5,904 nucleotides of DNA from a virus. Within the stretch, counting starts at the first letter, position 1, and each line of letters begins with the position of its first letter. Below, piece after piece: positions 4,150-5,904 of this stretch. Made by a program: the position numbers and the translations under genes. The stretch lies in the UHGV virus genome UHGV-1342932; one strand, 5' to 3'. The notes beneath the pieces were generated by a model. The model saw nothing but the letters and a program-made list of their open reading frames with translations. It was not told the DNA's origin and made no database searches.

Positions 4150-5904
4150 ATGGCAAACATCATGGATTTTAAGTCGGTGAAAAATAACGTTCACCGCGCC
4201 GGGTTTGACCTTTCCTCCCGTATGTGTTTTACTGCAAAGGTTGGAGAGATGCTTCCGGTTAAGTATTGGGATTTATTACCTGGTGACTCCTTTGAAATTG
4301 ATGGTAAAAGTTTTATGCGAACTCTCCCGGTCCAGAAGGCTACATTTGGACGTATTCGCGAGTATTATGATTTTTACTTTGTTCCATACAACCTTCTTTG
4401 GGATAAATTTGAATCATGGATTGTTCAAACTAAAAACGCCTATCACGCTAAAAGCAACCTAGCTGCTGCGGATAATTTTACCACATCTCCGTATTTGACG
4501 GATACTGATATTGTAGGCGCTCATTCTTCAATGGGCTCTAATGAATCTCAAGCGTATCTTGATTATTGGCATGTAGGTACGGATAAAGCAAAATATGCTC
4601 AAGGAGATATGTCAAAACTTCTCACTTATCTTGGCTACCCTGTGACTATAGCTCCTTCCGGTGTAGAGAATGTTGCATTATCCCCATTCCCCCTTTTGGC
4701 ATATCATAAGATATACCAGGACTATTTCCGTTTTTCTCAATGGGAAGACGCTGCTCCTTGGACTTATAATCTGGATTATATCCTATCCGAAGATAAACTC
4801 CATATGGACATACCCGGCATGATGAAAGGCCGTACAGGTAATACGCCGACAATTTTCACTCTCCATCATGTAAATTTTGACAAAGACCTTGTAAATGGTA
4901 TGCTTCCTCAGCCCCAGTATGGCGATGTTGCTATAGCTGGTCCACTTACAGGTGATTTTTCAGGACTTAGTGCTGTTTGGGCTACATCTGGCAATTCTAA
5001 AGACCTTGTAGTTAACGCTTCTGCACATCAATCTGGCCATGAATTCTTCCCGGCAGGTTATGATTCAAAATCTACTACTACTGGATCCGGTATAGACCCG
5101 GTTAAATTCCGTTTAAATGGGTATTCCGGCTCGCCTGTTAATGTTGTATTAAATCAGGTTCACCCCCATAATACACCATTTAACCTTCCTATTTCTGGCT
5201 CAAATATCTCTGCTGGTCTTTCAATACTTGTTCTCCGTCAAGCTGAAGCCCTCCAGAAGTGGAAGGAAATTACGCTTTCTGGAGACTCCGATTATAAAGA
5301 ACAGATTAGCAAGCATTGGAATGTTCCATCGTCTCAGTATAATTCATATCGTTGTCAATATCTCGGTGGTTTCGCCCGTAATCTTGATGTATCCGAGGTA
5401 ATTAATACCAATCTTCAAGGAGAAGAAGGCGTTGCCGATATTGCCGGTCGAGGTCTTTCTGCTTCTAATGGTAAGATTCACTTCAAAAACAATGACCTTT
5501 ACGGTATAATAATGTGTATCTATCATGCAAAACCTCTTGTAGAATGGAATTCATTGAATATACTCCATCCCTGCTTGACAAAGGTAAAATCTACGGATTA
5601 TGCTATTCCTGAGTTTGATAGTATTGGTATGCAGCCTCTTCTTCGTTTGAATATTATGTACGCTGGAAATTCTCCTACGGTTCCCGCAGGTTATGTTCCT
5701 CGCTATGCTGAATATAAGACGGATTTGGATATGTACAAAGGTTCTTTTGCAACAACGAATGTGAATTGGATTCTGCCCCACACCCTTACTACGGTTAGTC
5801 AGACACAAGCCCCACTCACTTATCGTGCGTTCAAGGTACCCCCTACGATTTGTGATAATATGTTTATCGCAAAAGTTGATAATACAACAAGTACAGACCA
5901 ATTG
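4150..5904 (+). CDS. major capsid protein (VP1/F-like), 3'-partial; at least 585 codons open to the window edge; alternative start at 4162
   Basis: The frame is stop-free from the ATG at 4150 to the last base of the window. Characteristic Microviridae VP1 blocks are present: LPGDSFEIDG, FPLLAYHKIYQDYFR, SILVLRQAEALQKWKEI, GVADIAGRG and YGIIMCIYHAKPLVEW. The ORF is absent from the supplied ORF track only because no stop occurs inside the window. Confidence 0.93.
   Translation, partial: MANIMDFKSVKNNVHRAGFDLSSRMCFTAKVGEMLPVKYWDLLPGDSFEIDGKSFMRTLPVQKATFGRIREYYDFYFVPYNLLWDKFESWIVQTKNAYHAKSNLAAADNFTTSPYLTDTDIVGAHSSMGSNESQAYLDYWHVGTDKAKYAQGDMSKLLTYLGYPVTIAPSGVENVALSPFPLLAYHKIYQDYFRFSQWEDAAPWTYNLDYILSEDKLHMDIPGMMKGRTGNTPTIFTLHHVNFDKDLVNGMLPQPQYGDVAIAGPLTGDFSGLSAVWATSGNSKDLVVNASAHQSGHEFFPAGYDSKSTTTGSGIDPVKFRLNGYSGSPVNVVLNQVHPHNTPFNLPISGSNISAGLSILVLRQAEALQKWKEITLSGDSDYKEQISKHWNVPSSQYNSYRCQYLGGFARNLDVSEVINTNLQGEEGVADIAGRGLSASNGKIHFKNNDLYGIIMCIYHAKPLVEWNSLNILHPCLTKVKSTDYAIPEFDSIGMQPLLRLNIMYAGNSPTVPAGYVPRYAEYKTDLDMYKGSFATTNVNWILPHTLTTVSQTQAPLTYRAFKVPPTICDNMFIAKVDNTTSTDQL

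Larger units (their letters stand above)
1..5904 (+). mobile_element. Microviridae-type ssDNA phage genome or prophage, near-complete; all genes co-oriented; capsid gene runs off the 3' end
   Basis: The window holds a VP1-like capsid, a VP2-like pilot, a HUH/YxxxY Rep and a small scaffold-like ORF, all on one strand with overlapping start/stop codons. Its 5.9 kb size is typical of Microviridae. Confidence 0.8.

Noticed and set aside
4205-4462. 85-aa + strand ORF in an alternative frame inside the VP1 N-terminus
   Set aside because: It overlaps the most conserved N-terminal block of the capsid gene. It has no start context, so I treat it as a chance ORF.
4646-5526. Minus-strand ORFs 4646..4852 and 5344..5526
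   Set aside because: They are antisense inside the capsid gene.
5551-5901. 116-aa ORF on the minus strand
   Set aside because: It lies entirely antisense to the strongly supported capsid gene. Microviridae encode all genes on one strand, and it has no start context or motif.
1-5904. Search for tRNA, rRNA, CRISPR repeats, IS terminal inverted repeats
   Set aside because: I found no cloverleaf-compatible segments and no regularly spaced direct repeats. The whole window is explained by a compact phage genome.

Overview
This window looks like a near-complete genome, or resident prophage copy, of a small ssDNA phage of the family Microviridae (gokushovirus- or alpavirus-like). All genes are on the + strand and tightly packed. 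From left to right the window holds: a tiny lipoprotein ORF; a 149-aa protein that is probably the internal scaffolding protein; a 367-aa DNA-pilot protein (VP2/H-like), whose start codon overlaps the upstream stop as ATGA; a hairpin-plus-T-tract terminator; an unusually long (~520 bp) non-coding region rich in repeats and hairpins; a 528-aa rolling-circle replication initiator (VP4/A-like) with a Cys cluster, HUH and YxxxY motifs; an 85-aa ORF of unknown function; and the major capsid protein (VP1/F-like), which runs off the 3' end of the window. No gene is preceded by a Shine-Dalgarno sequence, the regions upstream of start codons are A-rich, and two exact TAnnTTTG motifs sit upstream of rep. 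These signals suggest a Bacteroidetes host. The most interesting items are the GC-rich nested hairpin and inverted/direct repeats in the long intergenic region (candidate complementary-strand origin, leader/attenuator or recombination site), the secreted mini-lipoprotein, and a two-transmembrane-helix ORF embedded out of frame in rep (candidate phiX174 E-style lysis gene). I found no tRNA, rRNA, CRISPR or IS element.
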